A stretch of 64,000 nucleotides of DNA from Malacoraja senta (taxonomy: Eukaryota): assembly GCA_038087875.1 (NCBI GenBank), contig JAXLNO010000405.1, forward strand, positions 1-64,000, read 5' to 3'. A program made the position numbers and the translations under genes. How positions within the stretch are numbered: the first letter of the stretch is position 1; every line of letters starts with the position of its first letter. This document shows, one piece after another, positions 1 to 11,152 of this stretch. The notes below the pieces were generated by a model, which had not been told where the DNA came from, ran no database searches, and was given only the letters and a program-made list of their open reading frames with translations.

Positions 1-132
1 CAGCATCTGCCGGTCTTTATTTCACATTTGCAGCATCTGTGGGTCTTTATTTCACATTTGCAGCATCTACGGGTCTTTATTTCACATTTGCAGCATCTGT
101 GGGTCTTTATTTCACATTTGCAGCATTTGCCG
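1..132. repeat. 30-bp minisatellite (CAGCATCTGCGGGTCTTTATTTCACATTTG)n
   Basis: About four direct units visible; the same unit recurs at 8378-8520 and inverted at 45365-45620. Confidence 0.9.
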
Positions 133-135
133 GTT

Positions 136-285
136 AACAACTCTCGTTGGCCAAAGTGCTTTACATTTGTTATAAGAATAGCACAAACAAAACAAACTAC
201 ATACATATATACATGTAGCCCTCACTCAGAGGACGTGAGGAAAGGCTTGGGAGTATAGATAAGTCTTTAGTCTTGACTTAAAAGA
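136..285 (-). mobile_element. 3' end of an L2/CR1-group LINE
   Basis: Minus strand encodes SFKSRLKTYLYSQAF, a typical L2-like ORF2 C-terminus, followed by a TGTAAAGCACTTTG 3' UTR motif. A second copy lies at about 45210-45362 (+). Confidence 0.55.
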
Positions 286-592
286 GAGAGACGGGAGAGA
301 GAGAGAGGGGAGAGAGAGGGGGGCGAGAGGGGGAGAGAGAGAGGGGAGAGAGAGGGGGCGAGAGAGGGGGCGAGAGTGAGGGGGAGAGAGAGGGGTAGAG
401 AGAGGGGGGAGAGAGATGGGGGCGAGAGAGACGGGAGAGGGAGAGAGGGGAGAGAGAGGGAGAGAGAGGGGGAGCGAGAGGGGTGGAGAGAGGGAGGGGG
501 AGAGAGAGAGGGGAGAGAGGTGGGGTGAGAGAGACGGGAGAGGGAGGGGAGAGGGGAGAGAGAGAGTGAGGGTGGGAGATTGCAACCTTCAC

Positions 593-2757
593 CTGTGCTT
601 CACAACAGCTGACTTCAGTACAACATGGCAGCGCTTGGAAGTAGGCATCTTGGCAGGCTGCACAGTCTCACCCTTGGCCTTTACAATGGCCATGGAAGTC
701 ATCATCAGGGCCTCAAAATGGGTGGTGGGCGGTGAACGAACCAAGGCTGGGCTCCGTCTGCCACCCATCAGGGCATACATGGATGACATGACAACACTAA
801 CCACTACTGCAGCATGCACCAAGCGGCTACTTGGAAAGCTGCAGGAGAACATCAAGTGGGCCCGAATGAAAATCAAACCAAGTAAATCTCGAAGCATCTC
901 CATAGTCAAGGGGGTGCTTAGAGACACAAGGTTCTGTATCGGTGGCGACCCAATACCAACAGTGTCTGAGCAGCCAGTTAAAAGCCTGGGAAGATGGTAT
1001 AACGCAAGTCTCAAGGACAAAGAGCAGGTGCAACAACTAAGGCAAGAAATTGTCAATGGACTGGAGAACATCAATCAGACCCTACTGCCTGGGAAACTGA
1101 AGCTCTGGTGCCTACAGTTTGGACTCCTTTCTCGGACAATGTGGCCACTGACCGTTTATGAAGCCCCAATAACAACTGTGGAGAAGATGGAGCGAACCAT
1201 AACTTCATACGTGAAGAAATAGCTCGGTGTCCCACGATGTCTAACTAACATCGGCCTCTATGGCAAAGGGGTCCTGGAACTACCTCTCACTAGTCTAACA
1301 GAGGAATATAAGTGTTCTAAAGTAAGACTCCAGATGACACTGAGGGACTCTAGAGACAAGATCATCAGTGCTGTTGCGCCGCCCCTAGCAACTGGCCGGA
1401 AGTGGACACCATCTGATGCAGTACAGCAAGCTTCATCAGCCCTGAGGCACAAAGACATAGTGGGGCAAGTCCAGCAGGGAAGAGGAGGCTTTGGCCTTAC
1501 GACAAGTAAACCAACTTGGCGAAAGGCCACAACATCAGAGCGGAGGACGTTGGTGGTTGAGGAGGTGCGGCGACAGGAGGAGGCCGCAAGAAGTGCAAAG
1601 GCGATCTCTCTTGCCAAGCAGGGGCAATGGATGCAGTGGGAAGGTGTGGAGCGGAGGAAGATCAGCTGGAAAGAACTATGGGAAATGGAAGCAAGCAAGA
1701 TCAGCTTCATCATCAGAGCGACATATGACGTGCTTCCATCACCAAAGAACCTCCATCAGTGGTACGGCGAGGATCCAACCTGTGCCATCTGCCCAACTCC
1801 AGCGACCCTCAAACACATCATGGTAGGCTGCAAGACCAGCCTCACGCAAGGGAGATACATGTGGCGGCATAATCAGGTACTAAAAAGCCTGGCATCAGCC
1901 CTTGAGAACAGGCGGTGTGCGACCAACTCCTTGCCTCCGAGAGCAAGCAACCCCCCTCCCCTAAGGGTAATAACCTTTGTCCGAGAAGGACAGAAAACTT
2001 CTAAACTTCCTTCCACCAGATCAGAAGAAGGAAGCCAATGCAGGGCCCGTGACTGGAGGATGCTGGCGGACATCGGCCGACAACTAATTTTTCCACCTGA
2101 AATTGCTTCCACCACCCTCAGGCCAGACTTGGTGTTCTGGTCCCCTTCACAGAAGACTGCTTACATCATAGAGCTCACAGTTCCATGGGAGAACTCTGTT
2201 GAGGAGGCCTATGAGCGTAAGAAGCTGCGCTACGCAGAGCTTGCAGCAGAGGCAACGCAGCGTGGCTGGAACACCAAAGTCTATCCAGTTGAAGTGGGAT
2301 GCAGAGGATTTGTTGCGTCATCTGCCATCAGACTGCTGAAGGAGCTTGGAATCCACGGTCAGGCTCTGCGGAAGACCATAAGATCACTCTCAGAGGCAGC
2401 TGAAAGAAGCAGCCGGTGGATTTGGCTCAAGCGGAAAGACCCATGCTGGGCCCCAAGTATGTCGGGGTGAATCTTTGGGACGGTTTGACACGGGACATGC
2501 GCTGAGGGTTGATCATCCTGCAGCGGGCCGCCCTTGTGGAGGGTGTATAGTGTTAAAAGGCCGAAACACCCAGTGATGCAAGGGTACACTACTGATGATG
2601 TGTCCTGTGCCCAACTGTCCTGAAGGTTACCCCCCCGCCCCATCCCCCCCCCGATGTTGAGCGTCTACCACTCTCAACAATCAACGAATGTCGTGAAATG
2701 CTCCCCACCTATTGGCACAAGGGACTTCTTAACATCTTGTCCTGTGTATTTGATTCT
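593..2757 (+). mobile_element. 5'-truncated Hero-like (R2-superfamily, RLE-type) non-LTR retrotransposon, copy 1
   Basis: RT motif AYMDD, CxxC..H..C knuckle, RHN and RPD..IELTVPWE..K restriction-like endonuclease motifs. Near-identical to 4553-6714 (offset 3960). In-frame TAG at 1220-1222. Confidence 0.9.
2489..2609 (+). ncRNA. Candidate non-circularly permuted hammerhead ribozyme in the Hero 3' UTR (copy 1)
   Basis: GGGUG-UA 2541-2547, GAAA-CACCC 2563-2571 and ACACUA-CUGAUGA 2586-2598; stems I, II, III and three extra helices can all be paired (see findings). Confidence 0.7.
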
Positions 2758-2888
2758 GATAATCTGGACTCGTCCAGTGACTGCTGTGAAAGGACAGCTG
2801 ACAACATGGGAAAGTCCATGTGACAGCTTGGAGAGACAGCTGACAGGAGGGAACAGACCCCACTGGGGCCGTCATGGGCTAGCTACCC

Positions 2889-5800
2889 ATGACAGCAGTC
2901 CCCAACGCTGTTTCAGCTAGTTGGAGACACCCGCTAAATGCTACTAAAAGTAAAATAAAGAGAATACCCCTAGAGCCTGCGAGAGCGGGGGCGGAAGATG
3001 GCTCACCGATTGATAACACGGTTACAGACCCAGGAACGGAAACGACTACTGACAAGGAGAGCATGGCACATGAGACATCCACAACAGCTGCGGGACACAA
3101 ACTTCAGGTGTGCATCTGTGGTTGGGAGAAATTAAGATCAGTGAAAGGCTTGAAGATCCACCAAGGGAAGAAAAAGTGCTTGAGAGAGCAGAAACATGGG
3201 CCTCGCATTGACCAGTACTTCTTACGAAGCAACCAGTCAAATCAGTCGAGTGAAGCACAGCGACGGGACACAAACCAAAGTTCGCAGAGCATCAGCACCC
3301 ATGTCACTGAAGAGGGTGATACAAGCACAGAAATGCCGGTGGAGGAGCCCACGCAACAACTACAAAGACCTCCATTGGAGGGAAAGATCAAAGGGCACAA
3401 ACCTGGAGTGAAATGGCCCAAGGCTGTTGAAAAGAAAGAGTGGGAGACGGTCAACAGTGACCTAATACATATCTTGGAGCAACAAGCGGGCACAGCAGTG
3501 GAAAAGCTTGAAAGGATGGGCAACACAATCTACAGCTATGGAGAAGAACGGTTTGGGGTGAGTAAAGGGAGAGGTGGAAAGAAATTACCAACACCAATCA
3601 AGTCCAGGAGGCAGCAGGAGATCGAGAGGCTAATCAGAGAGAGGAGACAGTTGAAAAAGCAATGGAAAAAAGCAACTGACGCAGAGAGAGAAGGTCTCAT
3701 GCTACTCCAAGAGGACATCAAGAACCGATTGGCAACCTTGCGAAAAGCAGAGAACTTGAGGAAACTTCGCAAGAAGAAAGAACACACAAGAACACGGTTC
3801 TATAAAAACCCTTTCAAGTTCATCAAAGACCTCTTCGCAAAGGAAAAAAGTGGAACTTTGAAAACATCAAAACAGGAATTGGAGGAACACCTGGAAAAGG
3901 TCCACAAAGACACGAAAAGGCATGAGCAGTTGGTCATCCCACATGACATCCCGCCTATTCAACCACCTGAATTCAACATGGACACCAGCCCTCCGAGATG
4001 GAAAGAGGTGGAGAACACGGTCCGGCGAGCAAGAGCAGCATCAGCTCCGGGGCCAAACGGAGTACCATACAAACTCTATAAGAACGCACCGGATGTGTTA
4101 CGCTTTCTATGGAAGCTCATAGGGTGGTGTGGAAGAAGCAAACAATACCTAAGGCGTGGCGAAGGGCCGGCGGCGTGCTAATACCTAAAGAAAAGGATTC
4201 GTCAGACATCAGCCAATTCCGGCCAATATGTCTCCTCAACGTCGAGGGAAAAATCTTTTTTAGCATTGTATCACAAAGGCTGTCCACCTATCTGGTAACA
4301 AACAAGTACATTGATACATCTGTACAGAAAGCAGGAATTCCAGGATTTTCGGGCTGCTTGGAGCATACAAGCATGATCTGGCACCAGATCCAAGCAGCTA
4401 AGAAGGACAAGAGAGACCTACATGTGATCTTCCTCGATCTGGCCAATGCATTTGGTTCAGTTCCCCATGAACTCCTTTGGGAATCTTTTGCCTTTTTCCA
4501 TGTACCAGAGCTCATCACCACACTGGTCAAGAAATATTACCAAGGCCTGCAGCTGTGCTTCACAACAGCTGACTTCAGTACAACATGGCAGCGCTTGGAA
4601 GTAGGCATCATGGCAGGCTGCACAGTCTCACCCTTGGCCTTTACAATGGCCATGGAAGTCATCATCAGGGCCTCAAAATGGGTGGTGGGCGGTGAACGAA
4701 CCAGGGCTGGGCTCCGTCTGCCACCCATCAGGGCATACATGGACGACATGACAACACTAACCACTACTGCAGCATGCACCAAGCGGCTACTTGGAAAGCT
4801 GCAGGAGAACATCAAGTGGGCCCGAATGAAAATCAAACCAAGTAAATCTCGAAGCATCTCCACAGTCAAGGGGGTGCTTAGAGACACAAGGTTCTGTATC
4901 GGTGACGACCCAATACCAACAGTGTCTGAGCAGCCAGTTAAAAGCCTGGGAAGATGGTATAACGCAAGTCTCAAGGACAAAGAGCAGGTGCAACAACTAA
5001 GGCAAGAAATTGTCAATGGACTGGAGAACATCAATCAGACCCTACTGCCTGGGAAACTGAAGCTCTGGTGCCTACAGTTTGGACTCCTTTCTCGGACAAT
5101 GTGGCCACTGACCGTTTATGAAGCCCCAATAACAACTGTGGAGAAGATGGAGCGAACCATAACTTCATACGTGAAGAAATAGCTCGGTGTCCCACGATGT
5201 CTAACTAACATCGGCCTCTATGGCAAAGGGGTCCTGGAACTACCTCTCACTAGTCTAACAGAGGAATATAAGTGTTCTAAAGTAAGACTCCAGATGACAC
5301 TGAGGGACTCTAGAGACAAGATCATCAGTGCTGTTGCGCCGCCCCTAGCAACTGGCCGGAAGTGGACACCATCTGATGCAGTACAGCAAGCTTCATCAGC
5401 CCTGAGGCACAAAGACATAGTGGGGCAAGTCCAGCAGGGAAGAGGAGGCTTTGGCCTTACGACAAGTAAACCAACTTGGCGAAAGGCCACAACATCAGAG
5501 CGGAGGACGTTGGTGGTTGAGGAGGTGCGGCGACAGGAGGAGGCCGCAAGAAGTGCAAAGGCGATCTCTCTTGCCAAGCAGGGGCAATGGATGCAGTGGG
5601 AAGGTGTGGAGCGGAGGAAGATCAGCTGGAAAGAACTATGGGAAATGGAAGCAAGCAAGATCAGCTTCATCATCAGAGCGACATATGACGTGCTTCCATC
5701 ACCAAAGAACCTCCATCAGTGGTACGGCGAGGATCCAACCTGTGCCATCTGCCCAACTCCAGCGACCCTCAAACACATCATGGTAGGCTGCAAGACCAGC

Positions 5801-6430
5801 CTCACGCAAGGGAGATACATGTGGCGGCATAATCAGGTACTAAAAAGCCTGGCATCAGCCCTTGAGAACAGGCGGTGTGCGACCAACTCCTTGCCTCCGA
5901 GAGCAAGCAACCCCCCTCCCCTAAGGGTAATAACCTTTGTCCGAGAAGGACAGAAAACTTCTAAACTTCCTTCCACCAGATCAGAAGAAGGAAGCCAATG
6001 CAGGGCCCGTGACTGGAGGATGCTGGCGGACATCGGCCGACAACTAATTTTTCCACCTGAAATTGCTTCCACCACCCTCAGGCCAGACTTGGTGTTCTGG
6101 TCCCCTTCACAGAAGACTGCTTACATCATAGAGCTCACAGTTCCATGGGAGAACTCTGTTGAGGAGGCCTATGAGCGTAAGAAGCTGCGCTACGCAGAGC
6201 TTGCAGCAGAGGCAACGCAGCGTGGCTGGAACACCAAAGTCTATCCAGTTGAAGTGGGATGCAGAGGATTTGTTGCGTCATCTACCATCAGACTGCTGAA
6301 GGAGCTTGGAATCCACGGTCAGGCTCTGCGGAAGACCATAAGATCACTCTCAGAGGCGGCTGAAAGAAGCAGCCGGTGGATTTGGCTCAAGCGGAAAGAC
6401 CCATGCTGGGCCCCAAGTATGTCGGGGTGA
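2889..6430 (+). pseudogene. Hero ORF (N-terminal CxC..H..C Zn-finger-like motif, RT, Zn knuckle, RLE), interrupted twice
   Basis: ORF pieces 2889-4181, 4109-5182 and 5294-6430 join through a 1-nt frameshift near 4120 (expected WKLIRVVWKK) and a TAG at 5180-5182 (YVKK*LGVPRCL). RT motifs APGPNG, FRPICLLN, DLANAFGSV, AYMDD. Confidence 0.88.
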
Positions 6431-6448
6431 ATCTTTGGGACGGTTTGA

Positions 6449-6569
6449 CACGGGACATGCGCTGAGGGTTGATCATCCTGCAGCGGGCCGCCCTTGTGGA
6501 GGGTGTATAGTGTTAAAAGGCCGAAACACCCAGTGATGCAAGGGTACACTACTGATGATGTGTCCTGTG
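6449..6569 (+). ncRNA. Candidate non-circularly permuted hammerhead ribozyme in the Hero 3' UTR (copy 2)
   Basis: Identical to 2489-2609; predicted cleavage 3' of A6507. Confidence 0.7.
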
Positions 6570-6934
6570 CCCAACTGTCCTGAAGGTTACCCCCCCCACC
6601 CCCCCCCCCGATGTTGAGCGTCTACCACTCTCAACAATCAACGAATGTCGTGAAATGCTCTCCACCTATTGGCACAAGGGACTTCTTAACATCTTGTCCT
6701 GTGTATTTGATTCTCTCTCACGCTTATCCCGATTTCCATAATTATTTACAGCGCAAAAATTGACAATTTCGGCGGGTTTTAACGGCCTCGCTACGCTGGA
6801 AACAATGGAGAGTGCTTACCTGCAGTTCATCGCATGTAATCCATTTGGCGTAGCGTAGCAACAGTACGGTTCATGGGTCGTGACCCGACTGCCATGAAAC
6901 CTCCCTATAGGAGCAAGGTTACAAAATTTTGCAC

Positions 6935-7440
6935 AGAGGGTTTGGGAGAGTGGGTGGGATGTGGAGGACGTAGAGAGGGTTCAGTAGGGTGGGGATGGGG
7001 TGTGGAGGGTGAAGAGAGGGTTCAGGAGGTTGTGGAGGGTGAAGAGAGGGTTCAGGAGGGTGAGGATGGGGTGTGAAGGGTGAAGAGAGGGTTCAGTAGG
7101 GTGGGGATGGGGTGTGGAGGGTGAAGAGAGGGTTCAGGAGGTTGTGGAGGGTGAAGAGAGGGTTCAGGAGGGTGAGGATGGGGTGTGGAGGGTGAAGAGA
7201 GGGTTCAGTAGGGTGGGGATGTGGTGTGGAGGGTGAAGAGAGGGTTCAGGAGGTTGTGGAGGGTGAACAGAGGGTTCAGGAGGGTGAGGATGGGGTGTGG
7301 AGGGTGAAGAGAGGGCTTAGGAGGGGGGGATGGGGTGTAGAGGGTGAAGAGAGGGTTTGGGAGGGGGGGATGTGGTGTGGAGGGTGAAGAGAGGGTTCAG
7401 GAGGGTGGGGATGGGGTGTGGAGGGTGTCGAGAGGGCTCG
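6935..7440. repeat. G-rich minisatellite (GTGGAGGGTGAAGAGAGGGTTCAG-containing units)
   Basis: Repeated units of about 27-39 bp visible directly. Confidence 0.85.
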
Positions 7441-8519
7441 GCAGGATGGGGACAGGGTGGGTGGGTGACAGCATGGTGCCAGATGGGGTGACTGTGGGAA
7501 ATGTGAGACCATCCTCGCCAGCAGACAATGAAGCAGCAATGCTGTATTCTGTCAATGTTGTTTGTACTATTATACAATTAACATGGTGCCTTGCTGTATT
7601 AGATAACATGGTGCCCAGCTCCACCCTGTGTAAATGTGCTTGGGATTCCTGTCTTCATCACTCTGTCTACCAGTGGTACCTCCACCCCCCAGCTACCGTT
7701 GGTCATTTGCGGTTTCAATACATTGAGGACAGAGGAAGCCAGTTATTCGCCCCACAGTGTCTTTGCCGGTTGTGCAAGAGTTCATCGGTCAGATCCCACC
7801 TTCTGGTAACCAGTCTTCAAGCACACATTTTAGTGTATACGTTTCTTCAAAGGTAATTTTGGCTGAGTTCCTGATCTGTACTGATCCTGTGGTGGGAGAA
7901 ACGTTTCACCAGGTCTACAATCTTTCAGCTAATTCCTGTATCACCGTGCTACCCTGTATTCGACCGAATTACTCAGGGAAAGTGGTCCTCCTCCTCTCAT
8001 CCCTCATCTCATTACTCTATACACCTCAATTGATGCTCTCGTGAAATTTAGCCTTTCCAATAATTTATCAAAGTTCCAAATACAGTTAATAATATCCGGA
8101 CTTATTCCAATTAACCACCTAACAGCCCGTGACTTTGCCAATTGTAACCTTACTTGGAATTAGAAATGTGTGTTAAATGATTGAGTTGTGTTTATGTGTC
8201 GGAACAGCATTTGTTTTATTTGAGCAGAAGTTGTGAGCAGCCAATTCCACCCATGTGTGACAGGATCTGTTGGGGGAGAGAGTTCACCATTTGGACTCAT
8301 CGATATTTTAAAGTCGAGGTGGTGTGCAACCTAAATGGGAACTTGAGGTTGTGTTTTCGGGTTTGATTTTAGACCTGCAGCATCTGCGGGTCTTTATTTC
8401 ACATTTGCAGCATCTGTGGGTCTTTATTTCAAATTTGCAGCATCTGTGGGTCTTTATTTCACATTTGTAGCATCTGGGTCTTTGTTTCAGATTTGCAGCA
8501 TCTGCGAGTCTTTATTTCT

Positions 8520-8848
8520 GATTTCCGAGACAGTCGGACTCTCGTTCACCGAAGATGAGTTTAACGGGGAGAACGGCTGCCAAGTCTCTGAGGCCAAGAC
8601 GTGTTGGGGATGCCGATCTCCGACGGGGCTTCACGGACGACAGGTTCCAGCTGTCAGGTTAGGAGCGGTTAACAGCGGTGGAAACGATTAACAGCGGCGA
8701 TGAACGGTTAGGGGGGGGGAAGAGTAGGAGGAGGGTGGAGCAGAGAGGGACACAAAAGAGGGGGGAATTGGTGGAGAGGTGGAATATTGCTTTGGGGGAC
8801 CAGCCCTCCCGTGTGAACATGGGACCCAACGGGTCCCATTTAGTCTAG
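8520..8848 (+). mobile_element. Helitron-type non-autonomous element, 3' portion
   Basis: Hairpin GGGACCC-AAC-GGGTCCC at 8821-8837 followed by CTAG then T; same terminus as at 20249 and 23858. The 5' boundary is uncertain. Confidence 0.6.
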
Positions 8849-9714
8849 TTGTATTATATTGTATATTATTGTATTATATTGTCTTGTATTGTATTACGTA
8901 AGTAAGTAAGTTTATTGGCCAAGTATTCACATACAAGGAATTTGCCTTGGTGCTCCGCCCACAAGTAACAACATGACATACAGTGACAGTTACGAATGAC
9001 TCAGAAAACACTAAACATTACTAATAATAAAACATTAATGATAAATATATTAAATAAATATAATGATAAATATATTAGATAAATATAAATATGACAATAT
9101 ATTATTATATTGTATTATATGGTATATTCTTGTATTATATTGCCTTAAATTGTATATTATTGGATTAGATTGTATAATATTGTATTATGTTGTATATTGT
9201 ATAGTATTGTATCATATGTATTATATTGTCTTATATTGTACCGGGAAGATCCCTGGCCATTGGCTGCCCGTCCGGCCCAGCGCCCGGCCCCACCGGCTCC
9301 ATCAATCCCCCCACTCTCCCTCCTCACTTCCTCAGGATCTCACGGTTGCCGCAGTTGGCATCGCAGTCGGCCAGGCTCCGCACTCGGGACGCTCCGCACT
9401 CCGGCCGCAGTGATGCACAAACTCTGCTCGCTCAGCTCCTTCAGCTTTATTGTGACAGATGAGCCGGCCATTCAGTGCGGCGATGGAGCACCGGAAGGGT
9501 TGTCGCCATCCCGGGTGACTGACAGGAGAGGAGACCAATCTGCACACGCGCGATTTTTAAGATCTTTAAACCTCGCTAAGTTTTACAAGATACCACCGAT
9601 CTGAATGAAACTTTTTGCACTCACAGCACAGGAGAACGGTGAGTAACGTGGTGAAACATCGTAGCGCTGTCGTGTACCGTTCGTGCGCAAATAGAAAAAC
9701 AAGGAAGAAAGGAC

Positions 9715-9928
9715 CTTCTCTGCCACAGAAGGTAGTTGAGGCCAGTTCATTGGCTATATTTAAGCGGGAGTTAGATGTGGCCCTTGTGGTTAAAGGGATT
9801 AGGGGGTATGGAGAGAAGGCAGGTACAGGATACTGAGTTGGATGATCAGCCATGATCATATTGAATGGCGGTGCAAGCTCGAAGGGCCGAATGGCCTACT
9901 CCTGCATCTATTTTCTATGTTTCTATGA
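9715..9928 (+). mobile_element. CR1 LINE 3' end
   Basis: SLPQKVVEASSLAIFKRELD C-terminus, conserved 3' UTR and TTTCTATG-type tail. Confidence 0.85.
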
Positions 9929-10269
9929 AGGAAGGAAGAAATAAAACTATGAGTAACAAGATGAAGGAGACTTTTCCAGGAATGTTGCAGACAATATTCC
10001 TACAGGTTATGTTCAAATCCTATCCATGTTACTGTATTCCTGGCAGCAGAAAGGGTTAACAGGAATTTTAAAAGTACTTTATGCACATTATACAGTAGAA
10101 GGTTGTCAAACGGGTTAGTCTTGGTTTCTGTAGCGAGACCGCTCCCTGTTCTGAGGAATGGGAGGGTTGGAATACACTCTGTGGACAGGCAGCTGCTTGC
10201 ACGCAAATACTGTTCACTGCACCAACAGAACTACAGCCGCACCTCGCTAATCAATATTCACCCGACTAG

Positions 10270-10950
10270 CTGGAACGAAGCAAGGAAGAAAGGTAATGCT
10301 ACGCTTGTTATGGGAGATTTCAACATGCAGGTAGACTGGGAAAATCAGGTTGAGACTGGACCCCAAGAAAGGGAGTTTGTGGAGTGCCTTCGTGATGGAT
10401 TCTTAGAGCAGCTTGTACTGGAGCCTACCAGGGAGAAGGCAATTCTGGATTTAGTGTTGTGTAACGAACCGGATTTGATAAAGGAACTTGAGGTTAATGA
10501 GCCATTAGGAGGTAGTGACCATAAAATGGTCAGGTTTAATCTACAATTGGAGAGGGAGAAGGGTAAATCGGAGGTGTCAATGTTGCAGATGAATAAAGGG
10601 GACTATGGGGCCATGAGGGAGGAGCTGGCCAAAGTTGACTGGAAAGAGACCCCAGCAGGGATGACAGTGGAACAACAATGGCAGGTATTTCTGGAAATAA
10701 TACAGAAGGTGCAGGATCAGTTCATTCCAAAGAGGAAGAAAGATTCCAAGGGGAGTAAGGGGCGACCGTGGCTGACAAGGGATGTCAGGTAAGCCATTTA
10801 GAACGGAGACAAGGAAACACTTTTTCACACAGAGAGTTGTGAATCTGTGGAATTCTCTGCCTCAGAGGGCGGTGGAGGCCGGTTCTCTGGATGCTTTCAA
10901 GAGAGAGCTAGATAGGGCTCTTAAAAATAGCGGAGTCAGGGGATATGGGA
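10270..10950 (+). mobile_element. CR1 fragments: APE endonuclease region joined to a 3' end
   Basis: VMGDFN, ILDLVL and LGGSDH endonuclease motifs (10103-10792 ORF), then FFTQRVVNLWNSLP. Confidence 0.85.
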
Positions 10951-11152
10951 TTATGAGAGGCAGAGTTCGGATCGTGTTGAGTGTAATTGGTGGTGGGGGC
11001 GGTATGTAAAAGATTATGATGCAGGGCTTTGAGGGTGATGATCTGCGAATAATCTCCGATATCAGGTGCGGAGTAAAATAAGACTGGTGAAGAATTGGGG
11101 TGTAGGGTGAAAACCTGAAGCATTTACAATGACACCCTCTCTGAAGCAGTTA

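Larger units (their letters stand above)
2758..6714 (+). mobile_element. Apparently full-length Hero-like RLE retrotransposon, copy 2
   Basis: Hairpin-rich 5' UTR, single ORF region 2889-6430, and a 3' UTR of about 285 nt ending in TTTGATTCT. Confidence 0.9.

Noticed and set aside
1..132. 30-bp repeats as a possible CRISPR-like array (also 24115-24385, 43270-43930 and 63222-63980)
   Set aside because: Units are contiguous with no unique spacers and no cas genes; these are eukaryotic minisatellites.
226..592. Pro/Ser/Leu-rich and Gly/Glu/Arg-rich ORFs (also at 20412-20850, 44491-45272 and 53281-54140)
   Set aside because: Translations of GA/CT low-complexity tracts, open in several frames on both strands.
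2758..2890. HDV-like ribozyme at the Hero 5' end, by analogy with R2
   Set aside because: I could not build the nested double pseudoknot by eye; only simple hairpins were found.
6715..6908. Possible DNA-transposon end right after Hero copy 2
   Set aside because: It looks repeat-like, but no partner TIR or TSD is visible in the window, so it cannot be classified.
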